Of a stretch of DNA of 54,283 nt, positions 1 through 10,725 are shown piece by piece; within the stretch, counting starts at the first letter, position 1, and each line of letters opens with the position of its first letter. The notes under the pieces were generated by a model. It was not told the DNA's origin. It ran no database searches and was given only the letters and a program-made list of their open reading frames with translations. Both the position numbers and the translations under genes were made by a program. Origin of the DNA: a virus (Duplodnaviria; Caudoviricetes); IMG/VR virus record IMGVR_UViG_3300044568_001017, positions 1 to 54,283 of that record; one strand, 5' to 3'.

Positions 1-127
1 AAGCAATCCATACTGTAGCAGCGGTCACAGACAGGGTGCTTGGCACTAAACTAGAACACAAAGCAAGGGGATGCAGTTCATGCAATAGAAGAAGAAATGC
101 CTTGAATTCATTATCGTAAACGATAAA
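1..127. repeat. Exact 127-bp duplicate of 52657-52783 (circularity / assembly k-mer overlap)
   Basis: AAGCAATCC...TTATCGTAAACGATAAA is identical at both places and the sequences diverge right afterwards. 127 is a common assembler k. Implies a 52,656-bp circle. Confidence 0.95.
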
Positions 128-143
128 GTAAAATTCTAATATT

Positions 144-2573
144 ATGCTCTCAATAGGAAACGACAACTTCTCTTTAGCAACCCTAGACGAAAATGGCAAG
201 CCGCCAGCAACCCGCATCTCCAATGCCGATCACGCTTGGAACATAGCAAACAATTTAAGGCAAGCCAATGTAGGCAGGGAAAACAAACGCTTACGAATCT
301 ACAAAGCATATAAGATGTTCCCACCTACGGGGTACAGCAAGATTGCTGAAAAGAAACTACCTTGGCAATCGGACGTTAACTACGGACAACTAGGATTTAT
401 CGTAGATAACCAGAAGGCTAGTTACTATGATGTCATTACGGAGCGTCAGGCTTGTTGCACGATCAAGACTAAGTTCGGCAATGAAAAAGAACGACTTGTA
501 AACTCTGAGAATATCTCAACGGCATTTGACCAAGCAATCCGCGAATGGCCCGGCTACCTCTATAATACAGAACAAGACCTAGAGGAAATGCTTCTGTACG
601 GAAAAGGTATCGGAATGTGGGATAGTCCTATGGGATGGATGCCAGAACACGTTTTCCTTTCTGACCTTCTCTTCCCAGATGATATTCGTATCGACTTTTG
701 TAACCTTGAGGAATTTGTGCGCCGTGTCCGCCTAACTCCTTACGAGTTGTACAAAAAGATTGAGAACCGCAAAGCCGCTGAAGCAATGGGCTGGAACTTA
801 GATGCCGCTATTGACGCTATCCGCTTCCACCGATCATTCAGCAACCACAGGAAGACCCGTGAAGACTTCTTCCGCACAATCAGCGAAGCAGGATTCAACT
901 GGAGCCTTTCGGTCAACCAGAAGATTGATCTCTATGAGGTATACTGGAGAGAGTTTGATGGCACGATCTCGAAAGCAATCATCCTACAGGACTACCAACC
1001 TATCGCCCAGTACATCAACTCCAACTTTAAGGGTTCTGGTAAACTGAGTGAAGAGGATGTTCGTAGTGAGCATGGATTTATGATGTTGAAGATCGGTGCA
1101 TATAACTCATGGGATGAGATTCTTTATATGCTTACTGATTCGGTTGGTTCTGGTCTTTTCCAAGACATCAAGAGCCAAGCGGAATCGGCATTCGTTGCTT
1201 GCCGTCAGTATGACTTCACAATGAACGGATTGGTTGATGCAGTTCGACTTAACTCGATGCTGATGATTGAAGGTCAAGGGCCAGACTCTACCAAGATGTT
1301 AAAGCAGATGGAGTGGCTACCAATCTCGGTAATGCCAGATGGAGCGAAGTTCATCCAAAACCGCTTCCAACTCCCAGTAGCAGAGAGCATGGGATTCATG
1401 CAGTTCTTCATGGGTGATCTCTATCGCGGGATGGGGCAGTACCGCATCAACGCTCCTACGGGCGGGGGAAAACAACGAACCAAAGGCGAGGCAGAACTAG
1501 ATGCCGCTGAGTCCGCCAAACTATCTGGAACTCAGATTCGTCGATTCAACGAGTGCCAGACATTATTCTTCAAACAACTCTACAAGCGGTTTTTAAACTC
1601 TAAGTCCAGTGACGATGGGTATGAATACGTTAAGAAGTTCTATGAAATCCTAGAGGAAATGGGAACTCCTAAAGAGGCCGCGCAATTCAAGAACATTACT
1701 AGCATTCGTTCTAACCTTATCAATGGTGCGGGTAGTCCTAGCTTCAAGCTCATCACCGCTGAGAAGCTATTGCAGATCACAGCTATTACCCCAGCAAACG
1801 AAGGTCAAGAGAACGCTGTTAAGGACGCTATTGCCGCACTCTCTGGGCGTGACAACGTAGCTAGGTATCGCAACACAAAGCCAAGTAAGATTGACGATAC
1901 GATGCGAATCATTGGATTTGAGAACGCTGGTATGACGGATGTATTCGTTAACCCAGCTAACTTCCCAGTACTACCAACCGATCCACATATCGAACACGTC
2001 TCTGGTCACTTGCAGGATATGATGATGCAGATTCAAACGAGTATGCAGATGATCCAAGGCGGTCAACCAGACGTTAACGAACTGGCTAAAACTGTACGTT
2101 CTATCCAATTCAAAGGCGGTCACATCATGGCGCACGTTGGATTCATTCAGAAAGACCCATCCAAACAAGATTTCCTCAAGCAATTCATGCAAGGAATGCA
2201 ACAGGCTCAAGGTGCAGCAGACGAAATCGCTGGCGTATACCAAGAGATGGCACAAGCCCAACAAGGCAAACAATCTTCGGAAGAAGAACTCAAGCTCCAG
2301 TACCTCGCTGCCAAATCTGGTATCGAGATCGACACCAAGAAGAAACTTGCGGACATCTCCGTTGGCAAGGCTGCTATCAGTCACGCTCAACGCACAGAGC
2401 AACGCAAGGAGCAAGGCATTACACAACTCGCCCTACAGAAAGCCAAAGCCCGTCAAGAAATCCAAAAGGAAAAGGCAAAGATGGCAACTATGCAAGGCGA
2501 AAAGGTTGAGACTCCAGAAGTAACCGAAGAGGTTGAGATGGAAGTAGAAGAGCCACCACCATTTATTCAATAA
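144..2573 (+). CDS. Portal (head-tail connector) protein
   Basis: 809 aa, first large gene of the structural operon, next to terminase on the circle, followed by scaffold and capsid genes; Q-rich helical C-terminus as in P22-like portals. Confidence 0.8.
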   Translation: MLSIGNDNFSLATLDENGKPPATRISNADHAWNIANNLRQANVGRENKRLRIYKAYKMFPPTGYSKIAEKKLPWQSDVNYGQLGFIVDNQKASYYDVITERQACCTIKTKFGNEKERLVNSENISTAFDQAIREWPGYLYNTEQDLEEMLLYGKGIGMWDSPMGWMPEHVFLSDLLFPDDIRIDFCNLEEFVRRVRLTPYELYKKIENRKAAEAMGWNLDAAIDAIRFHRSFSNHRKTREDFFRTISEAGFNWSLSVNQKIDLYEVYWREFDGTISKAIILQDYQPIAQYINSNFKGSGKLSEEDVRSEHGFMMLKIGAYNSWDEILYMLTDSVGSGLFQDIKSQAESAFVACRQYDFTMNGLVDAVRLNSMLMIEGQGPDSTKMLKQMEWLPISVMPDGAKFIQNRFQLPVAESMGFMQFFMGDLYRGMGQYRINAPTGGGKQRTKGEAELDAAESAKLSGTQIRRFNECQTLFFKQLYKRFLNSKSSDDGYEYVKKFYEILEEMGTPKEAAQFKNITSIRSNLINGAGSPSFKLITAEKLLQITAITPANEGQENAVKDAIAALSGRDNVARYRNTKPSKIDDTMRIIGFENAGMTDVFVNPANFPVLPTDPHIEHVSGHLQDMMMQIQTSMQMIQGGQPDVNELAKTVRSIQFKGGHIMAHVGFIQKDPSKQDFLKQFMQGMQQAQGAADEIAGVYQEMAQAQQGKQSSEEELKLQYLAAKSGIEIDTKKKLADISVGKAAISHAQRTEQRKEQGITQLALQKAKARQEIQKEKAKMATMQGEKVETPEVTEEVEMEVEEPPPFIQ

Positions 2574-2574
2574 T

Positions 2575-3345
2575 ATGAGAGGAAACACTATAAGGGAAGA
2601 TGGAACTCAAAAAGGAAGTGGATTTCTTGGAGGAATAAAGAGACTTGATAACCCAGACGACATTTCAAGTGAAATATCAATTGGCGTTGATTGGGGTAGT
2701 GGTGAAAAGTTAATACCACAAATGGTTCCAACTCTTGATGATAATGAACTAAAGTATCTTCTTTCTACTCCAGAGGAAAAACTTCAAGCTGCAAATCCAG
2801 ATTTAAGTAAATCTATTACACGAAAAGCAGTTGAGTTTGCAAAACAAAGAGAATCACAAGGATTGCCATTTTTTGCTCAACCAGATGAGTCACCTAAAGA
2901 ACCCCGTATTATTTCTAATGAAAATAAAATCTTAGGCTATCCAATCGTTGAGCCAGATGAAGAACTTCTAAAGTGGTTTAAAGAAAACCCGCAAACATCA
3001 GGAATGCAATGGGGAGCAGGGAAGAATGATTCTCCAACAGATACTCCTAGATCAATTGTTCTTAATCCGTTTAGTAAAATAAGCAAAGAACAACAAATGG
3101 CAGTAGCAAAGAATGAAGCTATTAGACATTTCATTGATGAAAAGCAAATCATTCCAAAATTCAATCTAACTCCAGAACAAGAGAAAGCATTTGCTGGAAC
3201 TCAATATGGAAAGATTGCAGATAAGACTCCTTTAAAGCAGAGCGTCCTAGCCCGTATTCTTACGGGAGATCAATCTGCTGGAAAAATCACCCCAATGCAA
3301 CAGAAATGGGCGGATTGGGTTCAGTCACAACTACCACAACAATGA
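2575..3345 (+). CDS. Hypothetical phage protein
   Basis: 256-aa ORF tightly packed after the portal gene. Confidence 0.75.
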   Translation: MRGNTIREDGTQKGSGFLGGIKRLDNPDDISSEISIGVDWGSGEKLIPQMVPTLDDNELKYLLSTPEEKLQAANPDLSKSITRKAVEFAKQRESQGLPFFAQPDESPKEPRIISNENKILGYPIVEPDEELLKWFKENPQTSGMQWGAGKNDSPTDTPRSIVLNPFSKISKEQQMAVAKNEAIRHFIDEKQIIPKFNLTPEQEKAFAGTQYGKIADKTPLKQSVLARILTGDQSAGKITPMQQKWADWVQSQLPQQ

Positions 3346-3587
3346 CCACAGAAAAAGTAAAACTACTATGCGCTGCGATTACAGCACACGAAGATTGGAA
3401 CAAACTACAAGCATACCTACTGCTAAACGTAACCCCACCAGAAGGAGTAACCACGCTGATTCATGCAATCAAAACTATTGATGCTATTGGAACAGAGGAA
3501 CAAGGAGCATTCAAAAAAGCAAAGTCTTCTCCAAGAAATAAAGAGACAAAAGATAGCTCAGTTGACCCAGACCTCGACGAAAACTAA
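3342..3587 (+). CDS. Hypothetical protein
   Basis: ATGA overlap with the previous stop favours the start at 3342 (MTTEKV...). Confidence 0.7.
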   Translation: MTTEKVKLLCAAITAHEDWNKLQAYLLLNVTPPEGVTTLIHAIKTIDAIGTEEQGAFKKAKSSPRNKETKDSSVDPDLDEN

Positions 3588-3590
3588 TTT

Positions 3591-4862
3591 ATGGCAGACA
3601 CAACCGACACAGCAGAAGTAATCAAGGAGCTACAGGGGAAACCCCAAGTTCCTATTAAGGGAAACACATCTGACTTCCTAAAGAAGTTCAGTCAACAACA
3701 AAGCGACGAAGGTAAACCTAGCGCAACCAACATGGGCGACCCAATGCTAGGTCTTAGAAAGAATAATGAAGAAGAACCAGAACACACAGGGATTACTGAA
3801 TCCGAAATCACGTCCGACAGATCAGGCAAGAAAAAAGGATTCGTTGAACGGCAAATCGAAGAGAACCGAAAGCTCAAAGAAGAACTTGAAAAGTATAAGC
3901 GTGACGAAGTTCCAAAGTTTGAAACCAAAATCCAAGAGCTTGAGCAGCTTATCTCGGAAGCAAAATCCACAAAGGAAACAAACCACTACCAACAGCAACT
4001 CAACAAAGCAAACGAAGAAAAGCTCGACGTTGAACACGCCTTGTCAAAGCAAATCCAAGAACTCAGAGGTAAACTGGACTTTCACGACATTGCCAGTAAC
4101 CCCGACTTCCAAAAGAACTACATTGAACCTCTTAAAAGCACTTACGAATCTGCGAGACAATTGCTGGGGAATGATCCAACGCTTGTTTCAACCTTCTCCC
4201 GTGCTGTCAACGCAAACGCCGCTATTTACAATTCCCAAACAGAAGCGGACAGGCAAGCTGCGGAATCGGACAGGGATCAAGCGTTCGACGAAATCACAAA
4301 CTCACTCTCGCAATTCAAACAGTACCAATTTGCAGAGCAAGTCAACAACTTCATCAAAGCCGCAAAAAGCCACAATGCCGCCCTTGCCAACTTTGAAGAG
4401 ACTAAAAAGACCATAATCGAAACGTCTAAGCAACGTGAGCAAGAGGGGCGTAATAAGTTCCTTAATACATGGCGCGATAGTTATAAGACCACCCAGCAAG
4501 AGATAGACGGCGCAACTTCAGAATCAGAAGAAGTTTCTGAGTACATGAAGGAAAAGGGAATCAAGTATGACTTGAGCCGGGATGAAGCAATCGCGCTTTC
4601 GGCAACCCAGCAATCGAATGAGGAAGCATCCGTAGAGGATATGAACCGACTCATTCACCAAGGGCGCAACTATCAAAAGCTACAAGCCCAAATCAAAGCA
4701 TACAAAGAAATGGTAAAAGAGAAGAACGAGTATATCGAACAACTCAAGGGATCATCTCGCATTTCTGCTTCGCCAAAGACTTCTGATTCTCCATCACAAC
4801 GGATGAGTATGTCGGAGGGACTGGCGGCAAAGTTAGCACGATTCGGGCCGCGCACTGCATAG
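3591..4862 (+). CDS. Putative capsid scaffolding protein
   Basis: 423 aa, charged and coiled-coil rich, immediately upstream of the capsid gene. Confidence 0.65.
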   Translation: MADTTDTAEVIKELQGKPQVPIKGNTSDFLKKFSQQQSDEGKPSATNMGDPMLGLRKNNEEEPEHTGITESEITSDRSGKKKGFVERQIEENRKLKEELEKYKRDEVPKFETKIQELEQLISEAKSTKETNHYQQQLNKANEEKLDVEHALSKQIQELRGKLDFHDIASNPDFQKNYIEPLKSTYESARQLLGNDPTLVSTFSRAVNANAAIYNSQTEADRQAAESDRDQAFDEITNSLSQFKQYQFAEQVNNFIKAAKSHNAALANFEETKKTIIETSKQREQEGRNKFLNTWRDSYKTTQQEIDGATSESEEVSEYMKEKGIKYDLSRDEAIALSATQQSNEEASVEDMNRLIHQGRNYQKLQAQIKAYKEMVKEKNEYIEQLKGSSRISASPKTSDSPSQRMSMSEGLAAKLARFGPRTA

Positions 4863-4883
4863 CCCAATAATCCGTAATAGTGG

Positions 4884-4925
4884 AAAGGTGGAAGACTTAA
4901 AAAATCTTCCACCTTTTTATTTTTT
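4884..4925 (+). terminator. Intrinsic terminator
   Basis: AAAGGTGGAAGA / TCTTCCACCTTT 12-bp stem followed by a T-tract. Confidence 0.8.
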
Positions 4926-4928
4926 CGC

Positions 4929-4956
4929 TTGACAACAAATATAATGTTTCTATCTT
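4929..4956 (+). promoter_or_regulatory. Sigma70-like promoter for the capsid leader
   Basis: TTGACA-N16-TATCTT directly after the terminator. Confidence 0.6.
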
Positions 4957-4999
4957 TTAATCAAACGGGATATCCGACATTATCGTTTACGATAACATT

Positions 5000-5150
5000 A
5001 GGGATTCAGTCTCACCCAGACTGGCGAGTAACATCACTCGCATGAAAAGATGTTTCTGGACTGCTCTCGCAAGAGAGATTCGGGGTTGAATCCAGCCGAA
5101 GAAAACAAAGCACTCGCTTTGACATTCTTCGGACTTGTCATGGGTGCAAC
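5000..5150 (+). ncRNA. Structured, pseudoknotted 5' leader RNA of the major capsid gene
   Basis: Hairpins 5007-5023, 5024-5041, 5064-5077 (GCAA loop) and 5120-5140 (cUUCGg); loop complements AACATC/GATGTT and CACCCA/TGGGTG. Confidence 0.65.
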
Positions 5151-5183
5151 AACCAAACCAACTAAACCAAACAAATAAACAAA

Positions 5184-6593
5184 ATGTCAGATCAACTATA
5201 CTTCAATAGCTGTGCTGAAATTGATTCTTTCTTTCGTGAAGGCCGCGAATATTTCAACGACCTTTATGTGAAGAAACTTGTCACTAACAGTGCATACTTC
5301 ACACGTTTCGAGGAGCAAGCATGGCCTCTTAACCATACAACTGAACAGAAAGCATTCCGCTTCGGACGTGGGTTCCACGATCCTTGTACGCCTTTCCGTC
5401 AGATCACCGACACCTACTGCGAGACTGATTCTTGCGATAGCAAACCCGAAGTGATTCAACGCCCCGGCACTGAGTCCTATACTTTCGAGTTGCTCCGTAA
5501 GGAAATGACTACTGACTGGATTTGCGTTGAGAGCTTGCTCTATCGCTTGTTCCCTGCTGAAGAGATTCTTCAGTTTGAAGAGTCGAATGCTCGTATCACC
5601 AAGAATGTTCACGAAGAGTTCCTTCGTTCCAACTACATCGGTGGTTCTGGACACAAATGGATGGGTATCACTACTGATGACGGAACTTATTGCGGCCTCG
5701 TTGACGATGGCGCATGGTTCGTTCCAGAGCATACTCTCAACAACGAAGCTGGTTACGACCTCTGCGCCCTTCGCGTTAAGATCGCCGCCGCTGACCTTGG
5801 CAAGATTGCTTATCTCTCGCTTGATATGCTCGACGATGCACTCGTTGACCTCCAAGACGAAGATGACGCTTTCCGCCTTGATCTACAAGACGCAACGGGT
5901 CAACCTTTGCTCGATATCGTCATCCCTGACCCACAAGTTGGACGTGCGCTTTACTTCCAAGCGAAACGCAACAACGGTTACTGGGATGCAAACACTGATT
6001 TCGACGAGCGTCTTACCCGTCTGAAACTCGGCATCAATCGTATCATCGGCGACTACGCCTTCGGTTATGACATCAACTCCGCTCGCTTCAACGCTGACAC
6101 GGCATTCAATGCTAGTCTCCCTGCGTTCAGCGAAGGAAACCCAGCCTCATGGCCTCGCCTCGTTCGCGTTCCTCGCTACATCAAGACTGTTCTTGAGCAA
6201 GGTTGCGCTTACATTCCTAACCGCGCCTACCGCAATGCCGACTTCGGTATCTCTGTAGCTATGGTTAACAAAGCCATGTGCAAATGGACGATGCCTTCCT
6301 CGACTGGATACGGCCAAGCCCAACAAATGACCCAGAACTACGCTGGCGATTGGGATTGGAAGAATCCAGATTGGGAGTGCAACCGCTGGCGTAAAACGGG
6401 CTTCTATCAAGCCCAGTTCCGTCTTGCCGCACAGGTTAAAGACCCAACCATCATGCATAGCTTCTTGCATCGTATGCCCAAGAGCAAGAACCTCTACGGT
6501 TCCTGCTGCGAAGTGCAGACCTATATCGTTCCTGAGAACAATCAGGATTGCTATAGCTGCGCTGGTGTAGGTGACATTGTTGTGCCTTCCTAA
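5184..6593 (+). CDS. Major capsid protein (Cys-rich)
   Basis: 469 aa after the scaffold gene; high-expression-like codon usage (CGT, TTC, AAC); own promoter upstream and hairpin downstream. Confidence 0.8.
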   Translation: MSDQLYFNSCAEIDSFFREGREYFNDLYVKKLVTNSAYFTRFEEQAWPLNHTTEQKAFRFGRGFHDPCTPFRQITDTYCETDSCDSKPEVIQRPGTESYTFELLRKEMTTDWICVESLLYRLFPAEEILQFEESNARITKNVHEEFLRSNYIGGSGHKWMGITTDDGTYCGLVDDGAWFVPEHTLNNEAGYDLCALRVKIAAADLGKIAYLSLDMLDDALVDLQDEDDAFRLDLQDATGQPLLDIVIPDPQVGRALYFQAKRNNGYWDANTDFDERLTRLKLGINRIIGDYAFGYDINSARFNADTAFNASLPAFSEGNPASWPRLVRVPRYIKTVLEQGCAYIPNRAYRNADFGISVAMVNKAMCKWTMPSSTGYGQAQQMTQNYAGDWDWKNPDWECNRWRKTGFYQAQFRLAAQVKDPTIMHSFLHRMPKSKNLYGSCCEVQTYIVPENNQDCYSCAGVGDIVVPS

Positions 6594-6602
6594 GTTAAAC
6601 AA

Positions 6603-6629
6603 GGGGAGGGGCTATTAAAGCCTCTCCCC
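6603..6629 (+). terminator. Stem-loop after capsid gene (terminator or processing site)
   Basis: GGGGAGGGGCT ... AGCCTCTCCCC; T-tract is weak. Confidence 0.55.
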
Positions 6630-6653
6630 ATAACCTTAAATAAAATCAAATAT

Positions 6654-7268
6654 ATGTCTAATTCACGACCTCTCGCTTATGATCGGGTTAACCTTTTTGG
6701 CCCGATTGCCGTAAACTTGCTCGTTGCTGGTGACGCTGATCTTCTTGTTCTCAATGATGAGGATACTAAGTTCATCCCAACTAGCATCGTTCTCGAAACC
6801 GCTTATGCCCGTGGCACGACCGCAACTGATCCAGTTGTTGTTGCTGACATTGGTACAACTGGTACTGACCTCACATCCTCGCTGACCATCACTGATTCCC
6901 TTGATAACCAAGGAACATCAAACACATTGGCTTTGCTTGCTAACGCTCCTGTAGTTACTGGCTCCCGTAGCGTTCGTCTTCACAAGACAACTGTTGGTGC
7001 TGGTCAAGCTACCGCAACTCGTTCCCGTACTTCGGGCGTTGCTACAATCGTAACTGGTGCTGTTCATGGTTTTACCACGGGCGACACGATCACGATTGCC
7101 AGCATGACCGACACTACGTTCAATGACGTTCAAGCGCAAGTAACTGTTACTAGCACAACTGCATTCACCTACGAAAACGCTGGTGTGGATGTTGTTTCTG
7201 GTGCAGATACTGCCGGACGTGTTGGCGCACTTTATGTGAACGCCTACGTTGTTGGTATCTACTACTAA
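6654..7268 (+). CDS. Putative head decoration / virion protein
   Basis: Thr/Val-rich beta protein with a 'HGFTTGDTITI' module; capsid-like codon usage. Confidence 0.55.
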   Translation: MSNSRPLAYDRVNLFGPIAVNLLVAGDADLLVLNDEDTKFIPTSIVLETAYARGTTATDPVVVADIGTTGTDLTSSLTITDSLDNQGTSNTLALLANAPVVTGSRSVRLHKTTVGAGQATATRSRTSGVATIVTGAVHGFTTGDTITIASMTDTTFNDVQAQVTVTSTTAFTYENAGVDVVSGADTAGRVGALYVNAYVVGIYY

Positions 7269-7283
7269 CCCATTCCCCATTAT

Positions 7284-7325
7284 TGGGTGGGGAGGTCTTT
7301 AACCCTCCCTGCCCATAACCTTTTC
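7284..7325 (+). terminator. Intrinsic terminator
   Basis: TGGGTGGGGAGG ... CCTCCCTGCCCA followed by TAACCTTTTT. Confidence 0.6.
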
Positions 7326-7332
7326 TAAAACT

Positions 7333-7596
7333 ATGGCTTGCTTTACATCTTTACCTTACCACAATAAATTCTATCCACTTCTGATTACGGTTTCGGCGGC
7401 GGCTGGCATTACTCCAATTTCTTTCGGTTGCTTTGATGCAGCCAGCGATGCCTCTAGGCTTTATCAATTTTATCTGGCCTTTGCTACAATCGGTGGACTT
7501 ACCCCAGTAACTGAAAACTGCTTTGTACAAACAACGGAAGACCAACAACTCTTTGTTCTTAACGAAGCTGTTGCTGCCGCGCTTATTGTTACCTAA
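7333..7596 (+). CDS. Small virion-associated protein with three CF-initiated repeats
   Basis: 87 aa; ACFTSL / GCFDAA / NCFVQT repeat starts. Confidence 0.6.
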   Translation: MACFTSLPYHNKFYPLLITVSAAAGITPISFGCFDAASDASRLYQFYLAFATIGGLTPVTENCFVQTTEDQQLFVLNEAVAAALIVT

Positions 7597-7619
7597 TTAT
7601 CGTTAACGATAACAATCTT

Positions 7620-7895
7620 ATGGCTACTCCAGCACTATCACAACCCTGCTTTGTTGATTTAACTCCAGATCAGCAGAACTTTAATATCTACGAGTCTCTT
7701 AAACAGATCGCAGGATTTGATATTCCTGCCTACGATCAGATTGACATTGCTTATTACGGAACAACAAATAACATTGCAACAGTCCAGTATCTATTCGATG
7801 GAGTGCCAGTAGCTACATTAAACTTGTTCTACTCAGTTAATCCTCCAACAACGAATGATGCAAATCTAACGACTGTCACAGTAACATATCCATAA
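7620..7895 (+). CDS. Small virion-associated protein
   Basis: 91 aa; N-terminal [13 protein letters not shown] resembles the C-terminus of 7333..7596. Confidence 0.6.
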   Translation: MATPALSQPCFVDLTPDQQNFNIYESLKQIAGFDIPAYDQIDIAYYGTTNNIATVQYLFDGVPVATLNLFYSVNPPTTNDANLTTVTVTYP

Positions 7896-7896
7896 T

Positions 7897-10725
7897 ATGG
7901 CACTTAAATTTAATCCATTTACTGGAAAGCTAGATTTTGCTGCAAGCCAAGAACCTGCTAGTCAAGCAACATATTATAAAAGTGGCAACCAGAATCTAAG
8001 TGATCCAAATACCGATATTACGTTTGACCAATTGGCAACTTGGAGTAATGGGAATAACTATATCTCGCACACACCGGGTTCTAAAGATTTCACTGTAGTA
8101 AAGAGTGGTCTATATCAATTGGAATGGAATGCTTCTATTGCAGCAAATGGAGCAACATGGAATACCGCAAATAACAAAGTAATTTCTATTGATATTACCC
8201 GTTTTCCTACCGCAGAACAAATTGTAATAGGTCAAAGTGCTATTCAAGCGAACGGTCAAACTTATACTCAGAGTGTAAATTCAACTTTTAATCTTGTTGC
8301 CGGAGATATAATTAATCTTCGTGTTCAATGCACTTGGGCAACTGCACAACCATTTGTTCAAGGAGTTCAAAACACAATTGATCTTAATACTTGGTTTACT
8401 TGGAGGTTTGTATCGTTTGATGGAAATGGAGCGGTTGGAGCAGACGGGGCAACGGGAGCGACTGGCCCCAGTGGTGGCCCAACAGGAGCGACAGGTGTAA
8501 GTGGAGCCACAGGTTCCACGGGATCAACTGGTTTGACAGGCCCACAAGGTACAACAGGCGCAACAGGATTGATTGGATCGACAGGAGCCATTGGTAGTGC
8601 TGGCTCAACAGGAGCCACGGGTGCTACGGGCGTTGCAGGAACCAACGGAACAGATGGAGCCACAGGATCGACTGGAGTCACTGGCGTTATTGGATTAACT
8701 GGAACAACTGGCGCAACTGGAACCTCTGGAACAAACGGGACTACAGGAGCCACGGGCGTTTCTGGGAGTGATGGCGCAACAGGCGCAACAGGAAATGTTG
8801 GTGGTCAAGGTAGCACTGGAGCTACTGGCCCGGCGGCAAACACATCTACATTCGTGCAGAAAACTGGCGACACGATGACTGGGAAGTTGAATCTTCCAGC
8901 TTCAACCTCGTCTTCAGTTCCATTAAATTTAGGCAATGGAGTTTCACCAACAACAACAGTTGCAGGAGATGTATTTTCATCTGGGAATAATATATTCTTT
9001 AAAGGCACAACAGGCGGCCCATATATTTTTGCTTACAAAAATGACACGAATACATTTCTTGTCCCTCAAATAATTAACACTGTATCTCCGACTGGAGACT
9101 CTGCCCCAGCACTTCGCATAACGCAAGCTGGAGGAGGGGAGGCGTTGCGCGTAGAAGACCAGACTACCCCTGATTCTACAGCTTTTGTTGTATCAACTTC
9201 TGGAAGAGTCGGCGTTGGAGTAACGCCTGATGCAACAGTTTCGCTTTCAATAGATACTACTGGAATTAAGTTCGGTGACGGCACTATTCAAACAACCGCT
9301 ACAATCGCTGGTGCAACTGGTGCAACGGGAGCAGGAACGACAGGAGCAACTGGTGCGACTGGAACTTCTGGTGGACAAGGTAGTACGGGAGCCACTGGTT
9401 TGTCTGGCAATGACGGAGCCACGGGAGCGACAGGATTGACGGGCGCAACGGGAATTTCTGGAATTGATGGAGCAACTGGTTCCACGGGAGCAACAGGGAT
9501 AGCTGGACTTGATGGATCGACTGGTGCTACTGGGGTTTCTGGAGCAGATGGAGCGACAGGTGCGACAGGAACACAAGGTGATGTCGGGGCAACTGGAGCC
9601 ACGGGTGCTACTGGAATTGCTGGAGATATTGGTTCTACAGGAGCTACTGGTGTTGCCGGGTTAGACGGAGCAACAGGCGCGACTGGCGTTGCTGGCGATG
9701 TCGGAGCGACTGGCGCGACAGGCGTTGCAGGCGGTCAAGGCTCTACGGGTGCAACGGGCGTTACTGGAAATGACGGGGCGACTGGCTCCACAGGAGCTAC
9801 GGGCGTTATTGGCGATACAGGATCGACAGGAGCAACGGGTGTTGCTGGAGCAGATGGAGCTACAGGATCGACAGGAGCCACTGGCGCGACTGGCGCGAGC
9901 GGTGCAGATGGAACAGGGACTGCATATTACGGACAAGTCTCCCGAATCACAAACGGCACAATATCAATCGCTACTGCTGGGACATATCAATCAACCGGAT
10001 TAACCGCTACGCTCGATTCTGAAAACTTTGGAGTGAGCCTTGGGACAACAGATAGCTTTGCTGTAAAGAATACATCTGGTTCCGCGCAACTTTTCAAAAT
10101 CTACGGATCGGCAGATATTGATGCAGGAAACAATAGGGTTCTTGGAATTAAATTGGCACTTAATGGAACTCCGATTGACAATACAGAGTGCAATGCGTCA
10201 ACTGGACAAGGAACTACTTTTGCAAAACTTGTTACAAATTGGATGATCGAATTGCAACCGAATGACGAGGTTGCCTTGTTCGTTACAAACAAAACTACCG
10301 CTGGAAATGTTACCTTGTTGCGCGGCAGGTTGGTTGCATCAACTGTTGGACGGCAAGGAGAAGAGGGTGCTACGGGAGTTGCTGGGGCTACGGGTGATGT
10401 AGGGGCTACCGGATTAACTGGCGCAACTGGAGTGCAAGGCAATGTTGGTTCTACAGGTGCAACAGGTATCCAAGGTGATACAGGCTCGACTGGAGCCACG
10501 GGTGTTGCTGGTGTGGATGGGGCTACAGGGGCTACTGGTGCTACAGGAGTAGGAACACAAGGTTCGACGGGAGCAACTGGTTCTACCCCAGCCAATATTG
10601 TTCTTTCAGACACCACCGCCGCGCAAGGAGGGACTCAACTGCTTAACATGGTTCAAATAACTCAAGGGGCATACAACGCAATTGGAACTCCAACCTCAAA
10701 TACGCTTTACATCATCGTCGGATGA
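7897..10725 (+). CDS. Collagen-like (G-X-T) fibre protein with globular C1q/BclA-like domains
   Basis: Long GAT/GST triplet runs separated by beta-rich domains. Confidence 0.8.
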   Translation: MALKFNPFTGKLDFAASQEPASQATYYKSGNQNLSDPNTDITFDQLATWSNGNNYISHTPGSKDFTVVKSGLYQLEWNASIAANGATWNTANNKVISIDITRFPTAEQIVIGQSAIQANGQTYTQSVNSTFNLVAGDIINLRVQCTWATAQPFVQGVQNTIDLNTWFTWRFVSFDGNGAVGADGATGATGPSGGPTGATGVSGATGSTGSTGLTGPQGTTGATGLIGSTGAIGSAGSTGATGATGVAGTNGTDGATGSTGVTGVIGLTGTTGATGTSGTNGTTGATGVSGSDGATGATGNVGGQGSTGATGPAANTSTFVQKTGDTMTGKLNLPASTSSSVPLNLGNGVSPTTTVAGDVFSSGNNIFFKGTTGGPYIFAYKNDTNTFLVPQIINTVSPTGDSAPALRITQAGGGEALRVEDQTTPDSTAFVVSTSGRVGVGVTPDATVSLSIDTTGIKFGDGTIQTTATIAGATGATGAGTTGATGATGTSGGQGSTGATGLSGNDGATGATGLTGATGISGIDGATGSTGATGIAGLDGSTGATGVSGADGATGATGTQGDVGATGATGATGIAGDIGSTGATGVAGLDGATGATGVAGDVGATGATGVAGGQGSTGATGVTGNDGATGSTGATGVIGDTGSTGATGVAGADGATGSTGATGATGASGADGTGTAYYGQVSRITNGTISIATAGTYQSTGLTATLDSENFGVSLGTTDSFAVKNTSGSAQLFKIYGSADIDAGNNRVLGIKLALNGTPIDNTECNASTGQGTTFAKLVTNWMIELQPNDEVALFVTNKTTAGNVTLLRGRLVASTVGRQGEEGATGVAGATGDVGATGLTGATGVQGNVGSTGATGIQGDTGSTGATGVAGVDGATGATGATGVGTQGSTGATGSTPANIVLSDTTAAQGGTQLLNMVQITQGAYNAIGTPTSNTLYIIVG

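Noticed and set aside
1-127. Biological direct terminal repeat
   Set aside because: The exact 127-nt length, the start in mid-gene and the continuation into a second allele point to an assembly k-mer overlap.
5079-5100. GGTTGAATCC resembling a tRNA T-arm
   Set aside because: No acceptor, D or anticodon arms; treated as part of the capsid leader.
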